Below are positions 1 to 10,020 of a stretch of 64,000 nt of DNA, in pieces. The position numbers and the translations under genes are program-made. Source of the DNA: an uncultured delta proteobacterium (GTDB lineage Bacteria; Desulfobacterota; Desulfobacteria; Desulfobacterales; UBA2156). The DNA is taken from assembly GCA_963736855.1 (NCBI GenBank), contig CAVTQK010000009.1, positions 608,001 through 672,000 of the forward strand. The letters are read 5' to 3'. The notes under the pieces are model-generated. The model had not been told where the DNA came from. It was given only the letters and a program-made list of their open reading frames with translations, and did no database searches. Each line of letters starts with the position of its first letter. The first letter of the stretch is position 1.

Positions 1-468
1 CTCGAAACATTCAAAAAGGAAAGGGGGCAGCTGATCCCCATCCTTCAACGGATTCAAAGCAGAATCTCATTTCTCCCGGTTCAAGCCATCGAAATGGTCG
101 CCGAGCATCTGGAGCTCTCTATATCCGAAGTCTTCGGCGTGGCCACCTTTTACAATCAGTTCCGTTTTCATCCCCCTGGGAGAAATCCCATCAAGGTCTG
201 CCTGGGAACGGCATGTCACGTCAAGGGCGCCGATATCATCCTGGAAAATTTTGAGCGAAAACTTGCCATCCGGGAAGGCGAAACCACGCCGGACCGTGAA
301 TTCAGCATCGAACGGGTGGCCTGCGTCGGCTGTTGCGCTTTAGCGCCGGTAACCCTGATGGGCGATACCGTCCATGGTCACATGGCCCCCAGCAAGGTGG
401 AAGGGCTGATCACCCGGGTCCAAATCGAAAAAGAGGTCAAGGAAAGAGAAAAAAGAACCGATGTATGA
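1..468 (+). CDS. NuoE/HydC-like [2Fe-2S] subunit (5' end outside window)
   Basis: Frame open from base 1 (LETFKKERGQLIPILQRIQ...); motifs GVATFYNQF, VCLGTACHVKG, ACVGCCALAP. Confidence 0.9.
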   Translation, partial: LETFKKERGQLIPILQRIQSRISFLPVQAIEMVAEHLELSISEVFGVATFYNQFRFHPPGRNPIKVCLGTACHVKGADIILENFERKLAIREGETTPDREFSIERVACVGCCALAPVTLMGDTVHGHMAPSKVEGLITRVQIEKEVKEREKRTDV

Positions 469-2380
469 GGCCCTGAAAGCAGAAGCCTTAAAGCGGAAGA
501 AGGCCTTTGAAGAAGATCCATCGCCCAAGATTCACATCGGGATGGCCACCTGCGGGATCGCCGCAGGCGCCCTCGAGACCAAGGCGGCTTTCGAACAGGT
601 CCTCTCCGAGCGGGGAATATCAGCCCGGATCCACACCGTCGGATGCTTGGGCCACTGTTACGCCGAGCCGGTGGTTATCATCGACCATCCGGCATCCGGG
701 TTTCCACCGATTCTTTACCCTGAAGTGAACCCCGGCAAGGCGACCATGCTCGCCAAACTTTTCCTGGAAGAAGGCGACCCGCGCCTGGAACATATCCTCG
801 GGGCTACGGTGGAAAATGACATGATCCCATGTCTCATGGAATTTCCGCGCTTCAACCGGGAAAAGAGGGTGGTGATGCAAAAATGCGGCCTCATCGATCC
901 GGAAGACATTTATGATTATATCGCCAACGGCGGATACGGATCTTTTGCTAAGGCGCTGGACACCCCCCGGGAAAAAATCATCGACGAAATCAAGCAAAGC
1001 GGCCTTCGGGGACGAGGCGGGGCCGGCTTTCCCACAGGCCTGAAATGGGAAGCGGCCCGTCAGGCGCAAGGAGAAGAAAAGTTCGTCATCTGTAACGCCG
1101 ACGAGGGAGATCCCGGGGCTTACATGGACCGTACCCTTCTCGAGAGCAACCCTCACCAGATCCTGGAAGGGATGCTCATATGCGCCTATGCCGTGGGTGC
1201 CTTACGGGGAATAATCTATGTCCGGGCCGAATACCCTCTGGCGGTCAAGATCCTCCGCAAAGCCATCGTCCAGGCGACGGAAGCCCGGCTCCTTGGAAAC
1301 GACATCCTGGGCAAGGGTTTTTCGGTTAACATCGAAATCTTCGAGGGCTCCGGTGCATTTGTCTGTGGTGAGGAAACCGCCCTTATCCGCTCCATCGAGG
1401 GGTATCGGGGAATGCCCCGGCAGCGGCCGCCATTCCCCGTCACATCCGGTCTTTTCGGAAAACCCACGGTCATCAACAATGTGAAAACCCTTGGATCGGT
1501 GCCGCCCATCATCGAACAGGGATCCGGATGGTTCAGGAGCATCGGCACCCCAAAGAGCCCGGGAACGGCAATCTTTTCCATCGTTGGCGACGTGACCCAT
1601 CCCGGATTGGTGGAAATTCCCATGGGGGTCACCCTGCGCACCCTGATCTTCGACATCTGCGGCGGAATCCCCAACAAAAAGAAGTTTAAAGCGGTCCAGA
1701 TCGGGGGACCTTCCGGCGGATGCCTTCCCGAAGCATTTCTCGATACCCCTATTGATTTCGACACCCTTTCAGGGGCAGGGGCCATGATGGGATCCGGCGG
1801 CATGGTGGTAATGGATGAAGACACGTGCATGGTGGACGTCGCTCGGTATTTTCTTGATTTCACCCAGAAGGAATCGTGCGGCAAATGCACGTTCTGCCGC
1901 ATCGGCACCCATCATCTCCTCGCGGCCCTAAAGCAATTATCCGAAGGGAAAGGCGAAGCGATCGACCTGAATGGCCTGAGGGAACTCAGCGAGGATATCC
2001 GGGCCGGATCTCTTTGCGGCCTGGGAAAGACGGCACCCAACCCTGTGTTGACGTCTCTCAAATATTTTGCGGACGAATACGAAGCCCATATTCAAGAGAA
2101 GCGCTGCCCGGGCATGATATGCCGGCCGTTGATCGCCTACTATATCGACCTGGAAAAATGTGCCCGGGGATGCGATGTCTGTGAGGGGTGCTGTCCGGTG
2201 GATGCCGTATTTACGACTCCCAATCGAAAGAAAGGAATCGACCAAACGCTTTGTGTCAAATGCGGGGAATGCATGGTGGTCTGCCCTCCGGAATATCGCG
2301 CGGTAATGAAGGTATCGCCTCCCCATCTGGCGCCCATCATCGAACGGCCGCCACAGGAACCTAAGAAAGAAAAAGCGTGA
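461..2380 (+). CDS. NuoF/HydB-like FMN/NADH-binding subunit with N-terminal thioredoxin-like [2Fe-2S] and C-terminal 2[4Fe-4S] domains
   Basis: GLRGRGGAGFPTG, NADEGDPGAYMDR, GAFVCGEETALI, ESCGKCTFCR, C-terminal ferredoxin Cys motifs. Confidence 0.95.
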   Translation: MYEALKAEALKRKKAFEEDPSPKIHIGMATCGIAAGALETKAAFEQVLSERGISARIHTVGCLGHCYAEPVVIIDHPASGFPPILYPEVNPGKATMLAKLFLEEGDPRLEHILGATVENDMIPCLMEFPRFNREKRVVMQKCGLIDPEDIYDYIANGGYGSFAKALDTPREKIIDEIKQSGLRGRGGAGFPTGLKWEAARQAQGEEKFVICNADEGDPGAYMDRTLLESNPHQILEGMLICAYAVGALRGIIYVRAEYPLAVKILRKAIVQATEARLLGNDILGKGFSVNIEIFEGSGAFVCGEETALIRSIEGYRGMPRQRPPFPVTSGLFGKPTVINNVKTLGSVPPIIEQGSGWFRSIGTPKSPGTAIFSIVGDVTHPGLVEIPMGVTLRTLIFDICGGIPNKKKFKAVQIGGPSGGCLPEAFLDTPIDFDTLSGAGAMMGSGGMVVMDEDTCMVDVARYFLDFTQKESCGKCTFCRIGTHHLLAALKQLSEGKGEAIDLNGLRELSEDIRAGSLCGLGKTAPNPVLTSLKYFADEYEAHIQEKRCPGMICRPLIAYYIDLEKCARGCDVCEGCCPVDAVFTTPNRKKGIDQTLCVKCGECMVVCPPEYRAVMKVSPPHLAPIIERPPQEPKKEKA

Positions 2381-3030
2381 GCGAAAAGAGCTTAACGATA
2401 CAGGTCGATGGAGCGCTGTTAACAGCAACTGAAGGTGACATCCTACTTAAAGTCTGCCTGCAAAACGGCGTCTACATCCCGAACCTGTGTTATCTGGAAG
2501 GGATCGACCCTTTACCGGTGTCATGCCGCCTGTGTTTCGTGGAAATCGAAGGGGCTGCGCAGCCGCAACCCTCGTGCAGCATTCGGGTTCGGGAGGGACT
2601 GGTCGCACGGACAGATACCCCCCAGGTCCGAAGGCTGCAGCGGGCAGGGCTGAAACTTTTGCTGTCCACTCATCATGTAAATTGTAAAAGCTGCCCGGCC
2701 AACCGAAAATGCGCCCTTCAGGACATGGCCCGGTTCTTGAAAGTCGGTCTGAAATCCAAGACGGTTTACCTGAAAGACCCGCCGATCCGTTCGGAGCATC
2801 CTTACCTGGATTATCATGTCAACCGATGTGTGCTCTGCGGCAGGTGTGTTGAAATCTGCAGGACCCGACAGCGCCGCCCCGAACTGACTTTTTCCAAACG
2901 CGGGTTCGAGACCACCATCGGGTTCTACGGACACAATTTCATCGAATCTCCGGACTTTGCGACCTATCAGGCCTGTGTTCAAGCATGCCCTGTGGGCGCC
3001 CTGGTCCTCAAAGGGTCGGATCTCAAATGA
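2377..3030 (+). CDS. NuoG/HydA N-terminal-like Fe-S protein ([2Fe-2S]+[4Fe-4S]) with no catalytic domain
   Basis: IPNLCY...SCRLCFVEIEG...SC, HxxxCxxCxxxxxC, RCVLCGRCVEIC; ends at 217 aa. Confidence 0.85.
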   Translation: MSEKSLTIQVDGALLTATEGDILLKVCLQNGVYIPNLCYLEGIDPLPVSCRLCFVEIEGAAQPQPSCSIRVREGLVARTDTPQVRRLQRAGLKLLLSTHHVNCKSCPANRKCALQDMARFLKVGLKSKTVYLKDPPIRSEHPYLDYHVNRCVLCGRCVEICRTRQRRPELTFSKRGFETTIGFYGHNFIESPDFATYQACVQACPVGALVLKGSDLK

Positions 3031-3034
3031 GCGA

Positions 3035-3370
3035 CTATTCTTCTCGGGCCATAGTGATGGCGCCCTTGGGACAGATGAACGCACAGATTCCGCAGCCTTT
3101 GCAAAAGTCGTAGTCAATCTCAATGTGGCCGGTCTTCTCATTTCGGGTGATGCAAAGGTCCGGGCAAAAGTAGCGGCACAGGTCGCAACTGCGGCAAAAA
3201 TTGTTCCCAAGGCAGCGGCTCGCCTCCATAACCGCTGTCTCCTCATCAAGACCCGGTTTGACTCTGTCAAGGTCTTCGGCGGGCCGCTCTTCCCGCCGGT
3301 GCCTGATTTTCAATTCACACGGTTCAGCCATCCTGACTTCTTTCTTCTCACCACAGCGTCCTGTATTCAC
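3035..3370 (-). CDS. 2[4Fe-4S] ferredoxin-like protein resembling the C-terminal part of GltD-like oxidoreductases / OFOR delta subunit (alternative start 3331)
   Basis: EASRCL..CRSCDLCRYFCPD; IDYDFCKGCGICAFICP. Confidence 0.85.
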   Translation of the reverse strand: MNTGRCGEKKEVRMAEPCELKIRHRREERPAEDLDRVKPGLDEETAVMEASRCLGNNFCRSCDLCRYFCPDLCITRNEKTGHIEIDYDFCKGCGICAFICPKGAITMAREE

Positions 3371-3378
3371 TCACTTTT

Positions 3379-3531
3379 GATAAAATCGTAAAAACTCAAA
3401 ATTAGGATGGCAAAGTAAAAAGCTTCAGATGCAAGGCGCGCAAATCCTGAGGAATGAGGCGTACATAGGGGTACGCCGCAATGAGGAAGGATGCAGCGCA
3501 ACGCAGCAGATGGACTTTTTACGAAGCCATC
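3379..3531. mobile_element. MITE-like repeat, copy 1
   Basis: Imperfect terminal inverted repeats GATAAAATCGTAAAAA...TTTTTACGAAGCCATC; flanked by ACTTTT at 3373-3378 and 3532-3537; near-identical to 34938-35090. Confidence 0.85.
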
Positions 3532-4933
3532 ACTTTTCTTTTGCTTCCAAATACAGGTCCACGGCCGCAGCGGCTTTTTTTCCGCTGGCCATGGCTTCAA
3601 CCACCGTGCTTGCTCCATTGACAAAGTCTCCTGCTGCAAAAACTCCGTCCACATCGGCCTGCAGCGTCTCCCGATCAACGACTAAGCTATTGCTGCTCAA
3701 CGCAAGACCGTTGAGCACCGGCCCATAGTCCGGTTCCTGGCCTATGGCGGAAATAATTGTATTTGCTTCGATCACAAACTCCGAACCCTCAACCGATACG
3801 GGTCTTTTCCTGTCGGACGCAACCGTTTCTCTGAGCTCCGTCTTGATACACTCAAGCCCCTTGACTCTGTTCCCTGAGACCAGTATCTTCTTCGGGGCGG
3901 TGAGAAACTCTATCTGGACCCCCTCCCGCAGAGCATTCCTTATCTCTTCGCGGTCCGCAGGCATCTCTTCATAGCTTCGCCTGTAAAGAATGGTGACCTG
4001 TGTCCCGCCTTTGCGAAGCGCGGAGCGGGCCGTATCCATAGCGGCATTGCCGCCGCCGATCACCAGAACGCGATTGCCGATTTCAACGTCCTTCTGGTCG
4101 CTGCATGCTTTCAAAAAAGCGAGGCAGTCTAAATAGCCTCGATGATGATCCTCGTTTTCAATTTTCATTTTCAGTGTTTTTTGAGTCCCTGTGGCGATAA
4201 TCACCGCATGAGCGCCATTTTTTCGAAGATCTGAGATCTTCGCGCTTGAGCCGAACTGGATCCCTGTTTTTATTGTGACGCCCATTTTCCGGATGTAGTC
4301 GATATCTCTTTGCAAAATCTCCCTGGGTAACCGAAACTCGGGTATGGCCCATGCCAGCAACCCGCCCGCTTCCTTGTAGGATTCGATGATCTCAACCTGA
4401 TAGCCCATCCTGGCAAGCTCATGGGCGGCTGCCAGCCCCGCAGGCCCCGAGCCCACAATCACAACCTCTTTCCCCTTGGGTTTATCCACCGCAGGCGGGT
4501 TGAGCCTGCCGTCATCGTAGTCTGTGACGAATCTCTTCAAAGACCTGATCGACAGGGAGTCGTCCACCCGACCCCGGGTGCAGGCGCTCTCGCAAGGATG
4601 ATGGCACACATACCCGCAGACCGAGGGAAGCGGATTGGCTTCCCGGATCAGTTCAAGGGCTTCCCTGTACAGCCCTTCCGCAATGAGACTCATGTAGCCT
4701 CGCACATCCTGTCGTATGGGGCAGGTCGCCTGGCAATTGGGAAGGTCAAAGGTTTTTGTGCCATTGATCCTCGGCTCTGTATCTGAATGGGGATAGAGTT
4801 TTCCCCTGAGACTGTTCTCCTCAGACCTGAAGTCAGGGATCACCTCTGCCGGACATGCCTTGACGCAGACGCCGCACGTTTCACAGCGTTTGTAGTCAAT
4901 AACGGGTTTATGGGTTCGTCCTTCGACGGCCAA
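3530..4933 (-). CDS. GltD/NfnB-like FAD- and NAD(P)-dependent Fe-S oxidoreductase with N-terminal [4Fe-4S]
   Basis: CQATCP, CGYVCHHPCESACTR, GSGPAGL, VIGGGNAAMD, GVFAAGD. Confidence 0.92.
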   Translation of the reverse strand: MAVEGRTHKPVIDYKRCETCGVCVKACPAEVIPDFRSEENSLRGKLYPHSDTEPRINGTKTFDLPNCQATCPIRQDVRGYMSLIAEGLYREALELIREANPLPSVCGYVCHHPCESACTRGRVDDSLSIRSLKRFVTDYDDGRLNPPAVDKPKGKEVVIVGSGPAGLAAAHELARMGYQVEIIESYKEAGGLLAWAIPEFRLPREILQRDIDYIRKMGVTIKTGIQFGSSAKISDLRKNGAHAVIIATGTQKTLKMKIENEDHHRGYLDCLAFLKACSDQKDVEIGNRVLVIGGGNAAMDTARSALRKGGTQVTILYRRSYEEMPADREEIRNALREGVQIEFLTAPKKILVSGNRVKGLECIKTELRETVASDRKRPVSVEGSEFVIEANTIISAIGQEPDYGPVLNGLALSSNSLVVDRETLQADVDGVFAAGDFVNGASTVVEAMASGKKAAAAVDLYLEAKEK

Positions 4934-4947
4934 TTCGTTTATTCCCC

Positions 4948-5493
4948 TTATGTCTTCTTTTCTTGCCCCAGACGATATCCCAGCTCCAGGGCTTGAATAT
5001 TTAAATCTCTGAAGCGGAAAGAGACATTCTCGGTAATTGCCGCGATCAAGGCATCCTTGCTCACCATTCCCGTGATCGCCGCAGCGGCTCCCAGGATCAC
5101 GATATTCGCCGATTGCTTCTTATGGAGTTCTAGGATCGCCTGAGAAGTCGCAGGGATACCAATTTGCATTACTTTCTCCTGGGATCGAGGTGAAACCATC
5201 TCGTCATCATATAAGATGAGCGCCCCTTCAGACAGGTTCTCAAGGTACTGGTTGTAAGCCGTCTGAGCCATGGAGATAAGCACATCGGCCTCAATCACAT
5301 GAGGGTAAACGATCGGCTCATCTGAAATGACCACATCCGAGCGTGCGGAACCACCTCTGGCTTGAGCCCCGTAGGAACTTGAACCGGCCACCCATCTGCC
5401 GTCTTTGGTGGCGGCATGCCCCAGGATCGTACCCGCCAATACCACGCCCTGACCCCCAAAGCCGCTGATCCTCACCTGCCTGAGCTCACCCAT
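4948..5493 (-). CDS. 2-oxoacid:ferredoxin oxidoreductase gamma subunit
   Basis: SGFGGQGVV, SYGAQARGG, NIVILGA. Confidence 0.92.
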   Translation of the reverse strand: MGELRQVRISGFGGQGVVLAGTILGHAATKDGRWVAGSSSYGAQARGGSARSDVVISDEPIVYPHVIEADVLISMAQTAYNQYLENLSEGALILYDDEMVSPRSQEKVMQIGIPATSQAILELHKKQSANIVILGAAAAITGMVSKDALIAAITENVSFRFRDLNIQALELGYRLGQEKKT

Positions 5494-6247
5494 GGGTGAA
5501 TTCCCCTGTGACAATCTTGTCTTTTGATGCATCCGGACTTATTCGTCGGGCTTCTTCTACGGGAATACAAGACTCCATAAGCGTCTTGAGCATGTCAGCC
5601 GGAGCGTCGTATCGGTTCCTTCTTCCAAACTGTGTCGGACAGGGAGACAGGGCTTCAATAAAAGCGAATCCCTTGGTGTTCAGGGCTTTCTTGATCGCTT
5701 CCTTTAAAGAAACCACCTGGGTTACCGAATAACGGGCCACATAAGACGCCCCTGCAGCCTGTACGAGCTTGCAGAGGTCAAAGGGCCGATATATGTTGCC
5801 TTCGACGCTTGTGGCCGTATAGGCTCCGCGTGGGGTGGTGGAAGCCTCCTGACCGCCTGTCATACCGTAGATCATATTGTTGGCGCAGATCACGGTCATA
5901 TCCACATCTCTTCGTGCCGCGTGGATGAGATGGTTGCCTCCGATCGATGTGAGATCCCCATCCCCGCTGATTACTACCACCTTGAGCTCAGGATTGAACA
6001 TCTTTGCGCCAGTGGCAAAGGCAATAGCCCGGCCATGCAAGGTGTGAAGGGTGTCTGCATTGAAGTTGGGACTCGGAATCCACGCGGCGCATCCGATGCC
6101 CGATACAAACAACATTTTTTCCATGGACCACCGGAGCTCATCGATGGCGCGGAGAATCGCATTCATAAGAATTCCATGCCCGCACCCCGGACAGAAAGGA
6201 GTTGATTTGACACCCATACGCAAATAAGCTTCGAGGTCTCTTGCCAT
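5486..6247 (-). CDS. 2-oxoacid:ferredoxin oxidoreductase beta subunit (TPP-binding)
   Basis: FCPGCGHG, SGIGC, GDGD...GGNHLIHAARR, YGMTGGQ. Confidence 0.93.
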   Translation of the reverse strand: MARDLEAYLRMGVKSTPFCPGCGHGILMNAILRAIDELRWSMEKMLFVSGIGCAAWIPSPNFNADTLHTLHGRAIAFATGAKMFNPELKVVVISGDGDLTSIGGNHLIHAARRDVDMTVICANNMIYGMTGGQEASTTPRGAYTATSVEGNIYRPFDLCKLVQAAGASYVARYSVTQVVSLKEAIKKALNTKGFAFIEALSPCPTQFGRRNRYDAPADMLKTLMESCIPVEEARRISPDASKDKIVTGEFTHG

Positions 6248-7389
6248 TACAATAGGCTCCTCACTTGCTCCATGATTTTGTGAGGGTGAATGATCTCTCC
6301 ATCAGTCTGGCAATAGGAAACAACCTCACACTCGGCGTACTTCAGAATCTCGCCGGCTATCTGGCCCCGGTTCATCTCCGGCACAAAAATCTTTTCGGCC
6401 TTTTTTCCCACCTCGCGAATGACCTGGTCCACGAAGGGCCATATGGTTTTTAGCCTCAAGAGGCCGACCTTTTTCCCTTCTTTTCGAAGTCTCTTGGCTG
6501 CGAACAAGGCGCTTCTCGCCGTAAAGCCGTAAGCAACCACAACGACGTCCGCATCGTCTAAATAATAAGCCTCGGTTTGAATGATGCTTTCTCGGTGCTT
6601 CAGGATTTTGTTGTTGATCCGGGCCACGAGTTTTTCATGGGCTTTTCCGTCATCCGTCTTCCGGATTCCCCACTCGTTGTGGGTAGAACCGGTGACGAGC
6701 AGTTTCTCGCCTTCCCCGAAAGAAGGCATGGGCGGCACACCGTCGTCCTCAGGAGTCCCGAAAGGAGGAGCCCCTTTTTGCTTGATCCGGTTCACGACCT
6801 TGACACTAGGTTTCACATCCATTCTTTCCCGCAAGTGACCGACCGCTTCTTCCGCCATGAGAAAAACGGGAACCCGGTACTGCTCCGCCAGATTGAAGGC
6901 CTCGATGGTTTGGTCATACATCTCCTGCACGGACCAAGGGGAAAACGCGATGATCTGATAATCCCCGTGAGATCCCCACTTGGCCTGCATGAGATCCCCG
7001 CTTCCCACCCTTGTGGCCTGGCCCGTGCCGGGACCCGCCCTCTGTACATCCACAATCACCAGAGGGGTCTCCGTAAATGCGGCGTAGCCGATTGCTTCCT
7101 GCATGAGGCTGAAACCCGGACCAGAGGTCGCCGTCATCGCCTTAGCCCCGGCCCACACCGCGCCGATAACGCTGCAGATGGAGCCGATCTCGTCTTCCAT
7201 CTGAATAAACACCCCGCCAACCTCCCTGAAGCGAACGGCGATCTGCTCCATGATCTCGCTGGAAGGCGTGATGGGGTATCCCCCGTAGTATCGGCACCCG
7301 GCAACTATCGCCCCTTCGGTGGCCGCCTCATTGCCTGAAAAATAATAACTCCCGGCAGGGAGTATGCTGTCTGTTTCTTGAACGCTCAT
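6247..7389 (-). CDS. 2-oxoacid:ferredoxin oxidoreductase alpha subunit
   Basis: GYPITPSSEI, QMEDEI, TATSGPGFSLMQE. Confidence 0.93.
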   Translation of the reverse strand: MSVQETDSILPAGSYYFSGNEAATEGAIVAGCRYYGGYPITPSSEIMEQIAVRFREVGGVFIQMEDEIGSICSVIGAVWAGAKAMTATSGPGFSLMQEAIGYAAFTETPLVIVDVQRAGPGTGQATRVGSGDLMQAKWGSHGDYQIIAFSPWSVQEMYDQTIEAFNLAEQYRVPVFLMAEEAVGHLRERMDVKPSVKVVNRIKQKGAPPFGTPEDDGVPPMPSFGEGEKLLVTGSTHNEWGIRKTDDGKAHEKLVARINNKILKHRESIIQTEAYYLDDADVVVVAYGFTARSALFAAKRLRKEGKKVGLLRLKTIWPFVDQVIREVGKKAEKIFVPEMNRGQIAGEILKYAECEVVSYCQTDGEIIHPHKIMEQVRSLL

Positions 7390-7455
7390 CGGTTGATTGT
7401 CTATCCCCTTTGGATTTGTGCACCATAAGAAAAAGTTGAATCCCAGAGCTAGGCA

Positions 7456-7909
7456 CTAGCCGATGATCATGACCACATCACCGGTGGCCACGTCGGCATC
7501 TTTGCCGGCGCGGATCTCCCGGACCACACCGTCCATGGGGCTGAGCAGGTTGTTCTCCATCTTCATGGCTTCCATGAGCGCCACAACCTGGCCGGCGGTC
7601 ACCTTTTCTCCGACCCGGACGTTGATCTGGATGATTTTGCCCGGGATAGGGGCTACCACGGCGCCCGTGCAGGCCATGGCCGGCGCAGCAGCGGCTTTGG
7701 GCATGGCTACGGACGCCCGGAGGCTGGGATGCTGCCGGGGCCAGGCGCGGCATGGCATCAGGTCGGGATGCGGATGGGACAGCAGGAACTCCGTTGATTT
7801 TCACTTCATAGGGCGTCTGGTTGACGATAACCTGCGCCACGTTGTCCTGGATCGTGCCGATTTCCACATCAAAGATCTGCTCACCGATGGTCAAGGTATA
7901 TTTTTCCAT
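7456..7909 (-). pseudogene. Biotin carboxyl carrier (gamma) subunit of a Na+-translocating decarboxylase, frameshifted (may be sequencing error)
   Basis: N-terminus MEKYTLTIGEQIFDVEI from ATG 7909; biotin motif EAMKMEN in a different frame. Confidence 0.8.
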
Positions 7910-7925
7910 TGTGAAACCTCTTCGT

Positions 7926-8837
7926 CTATTTCTTTTGGATACGATCAAAGACCGGCATACGGTCGCCCATAAGCTTGCCGCGGCCGAAGAGCGCCCAGGC
8001 CGAGGTTGGCTTGGGATGGGCGTGGGTGGGTGCCTGGGCATGGACCGGTGCGCTGTTCAGGTGGATGGCCAGGGCGATGGCGGCGACGGCCTCGGGGGTC
8101 ACGGCCGGCGCTGAAGCTGGTTGCGCGGCCTCCAGCGCCGCGGTTAAAAGAGGCTCCGCCGACGGCCGCAGGGCGCGTGCCTCGAGGATTTGAAAGATCT
8201 TCCCGGAGATCAGCATGCCCAGCAGCAGGACCCCCAGGACGATGAAAACCCCGAAAAAGCGGATCAACAACGTGCCCAGGGCATAGCCCCAGAAGGAATC
8301 GCGCGGGCCGATGACGGCCAGAATATGGCCGTCTATCTTTCCGTCGGCATCCAGCGGGCCGCCGTCGCGCAAGGTCACGGTCAAGGTGTTGGTGCGATCC
8401 TTATTGCCGACATTGATCCGCGCCGGTCGCATTCCAGGTGAGCGCGTCTTTGGCGCTGGGCGCCCATAACTCGGTGGCGGTGGTGAAATAGTCCGAATTC
8501 ACGGCCAGCGCCACCTCACCTCCCGGAGCGCCGGGAGTGATTTGGAGACTGAAAAAATCGGAGCGGAAAGTCTTCTTGTCCACTTTGGGCATGGCGACGG
8601 CCGCAAACAGCTTGGCATCCGCAGCTCGTCAAGGCACCGCCGGTCACATGGAACCGTATCTGGATTTCGGTGCTTTTGCCGCGCGGGATCAGCGTGGCGA
8701 TCCAATCACTCCCCTCTTGCGAGAATCGCGGTTTGGGTGCTCTCGATATCTTCGCCGAAGGCGGCCCACACTTTGGCGCACGGCAGCAGCAAGATCGCAG
8801 CCGCTGCAATCCACATATAAAGACGTCTGGCGCGCAT
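7926..8837 (-). pseudogene. OadG/MmdD-like (delta) membrane subunit with an extended N-terminal exported domain, frameshifted
   Basis: GGAGG RBS then ATG 8837 (MRARRLYMWIAAAAILLLP..., signal-peptide-like); pieces in several frames; C-terminal FFGVFIVLGVLLLGM helix, EAVAAIALAIHL, SAWALFGR. Confidence 0.7.
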
Positions 8838-8849
8838 CTGTCGGCCCTC

Positions 8850-10004
8850 CTATTGAAACATCGCGATGAACATGCCGGCCGCCGCCGCGGTGCCGATGAC
8901 ACCGGCCAGGTTGGGGCCCATGGCATGCATCAGCAGCCAGTTGTTGGGATCTGCGCGCAATCCTTCATTATGGGAGACCCGGGCGGACATGGGCACGGCG
9001 GAAACTCCCGCCGAGCCGATCAGGGGGTTGATCTTCTCCTTGAGAAACAGATTCATGACGTGAACCGTGAGAATGCCGCCAGCGGTGCAGATCACGAAAT
9101 CGAGCAGGCCGAAGCCGAAAATCAAGCAGCGGTTTCCAGTTGAGAAACACCTCGGCCTGCATGGTGGCGCCAACCGACATGCCCAGGAAAATGGTCACGA
9201 TATTCATCAGCGCATTCTGGGCGGTGTCCGAGAGCCGTTTGACCACCAGGGACTCGCGCATGAAGTTGCCGAACATGAACATGCCCATCAGCGGCGCCAC
9301 CGCCGGGATCAGCAGACAGATCAGCGACGCATCGCGATCAGAGGGAAAGAGAAGCTTTTCGCGGGCCGATACCGGCCGCAGCTGGCGCATGCGGATCCGG
9401 CGCTGCGCGGGTGTGGTCATCAAGCGCATGATGGGCGGCTGGATCAGCGGCACCATGGCCATGTAGGAGTAGGCAGCCAGGGCATTGGCCCCCAGCAGAT
9501 GCGGGGCCAGCTTGGCGGTCAGATAGATGGTCGTGGGACCGTCCGCGCCGCCGATGATGCCGACCGAGGCGGCCTCTTTCAGGGTGAAGCCGAAGAAGCA
9601 GCACGCCGATATAGGTGACAAAAACCCCCAGCTGGGCGCCGGCGCCGATGAGCAGCGTCTTGGGGTTGGCGATCAGCGGGCCGAAATCGGTCATGGCCCC
9701 CAGCCCCAGAAAGATGACACAGGGGATGATCTCCGTTTCCACGCCGTATTTGTAGAAATACGCGGATCAGATCCGGGTTGCCTTCGGCGGTAAACCCCAT
9801 TATGGGCGCCAGCGGAAAGTTGACCAGAAAGATGCCGAAGCCGATGGGCAGCAGCAGCAACGGCTCAAAGCCTTTGGCCACCGCCAGATACAGGAAGATC
9901 AAGGCGACCATGAGCATCAACACCTGCCCCCCCGTCAGATGGGGAATGCCGGTCTGGGTGATGAGGATGTTTTTGATCAGTTCAAAGACATATTCCCAGG
10001 ACAT
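8850..10004 (-). pseudogene. Na+-translocating decarboxylase beta subunit (OadB/MmdB family), multiple frameshifts
   Basis: [63 protein letters not shown] spread over four ORFs. Confidence 0.88.
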
Positions 10005-10020
10005 AGGCTCGACCTCTCTT

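Noticed and set aside
3530..3532. UGA between the GltD-like gene and the ferredoxin as a selenocysteine codon
   Set aside because: It falls in a linker, not at a Cys-motif position. No convincing SECIS in the reconstructed allele, and the MITE now separates the ORFs.
3367..3728. Short ORFs over MITE copies (also 20268-20522, 34872-35123 and the N-terminal extension of the purM ORF)
   Set aside because: They are translations of the repeat, with no RBS or protein-like features.
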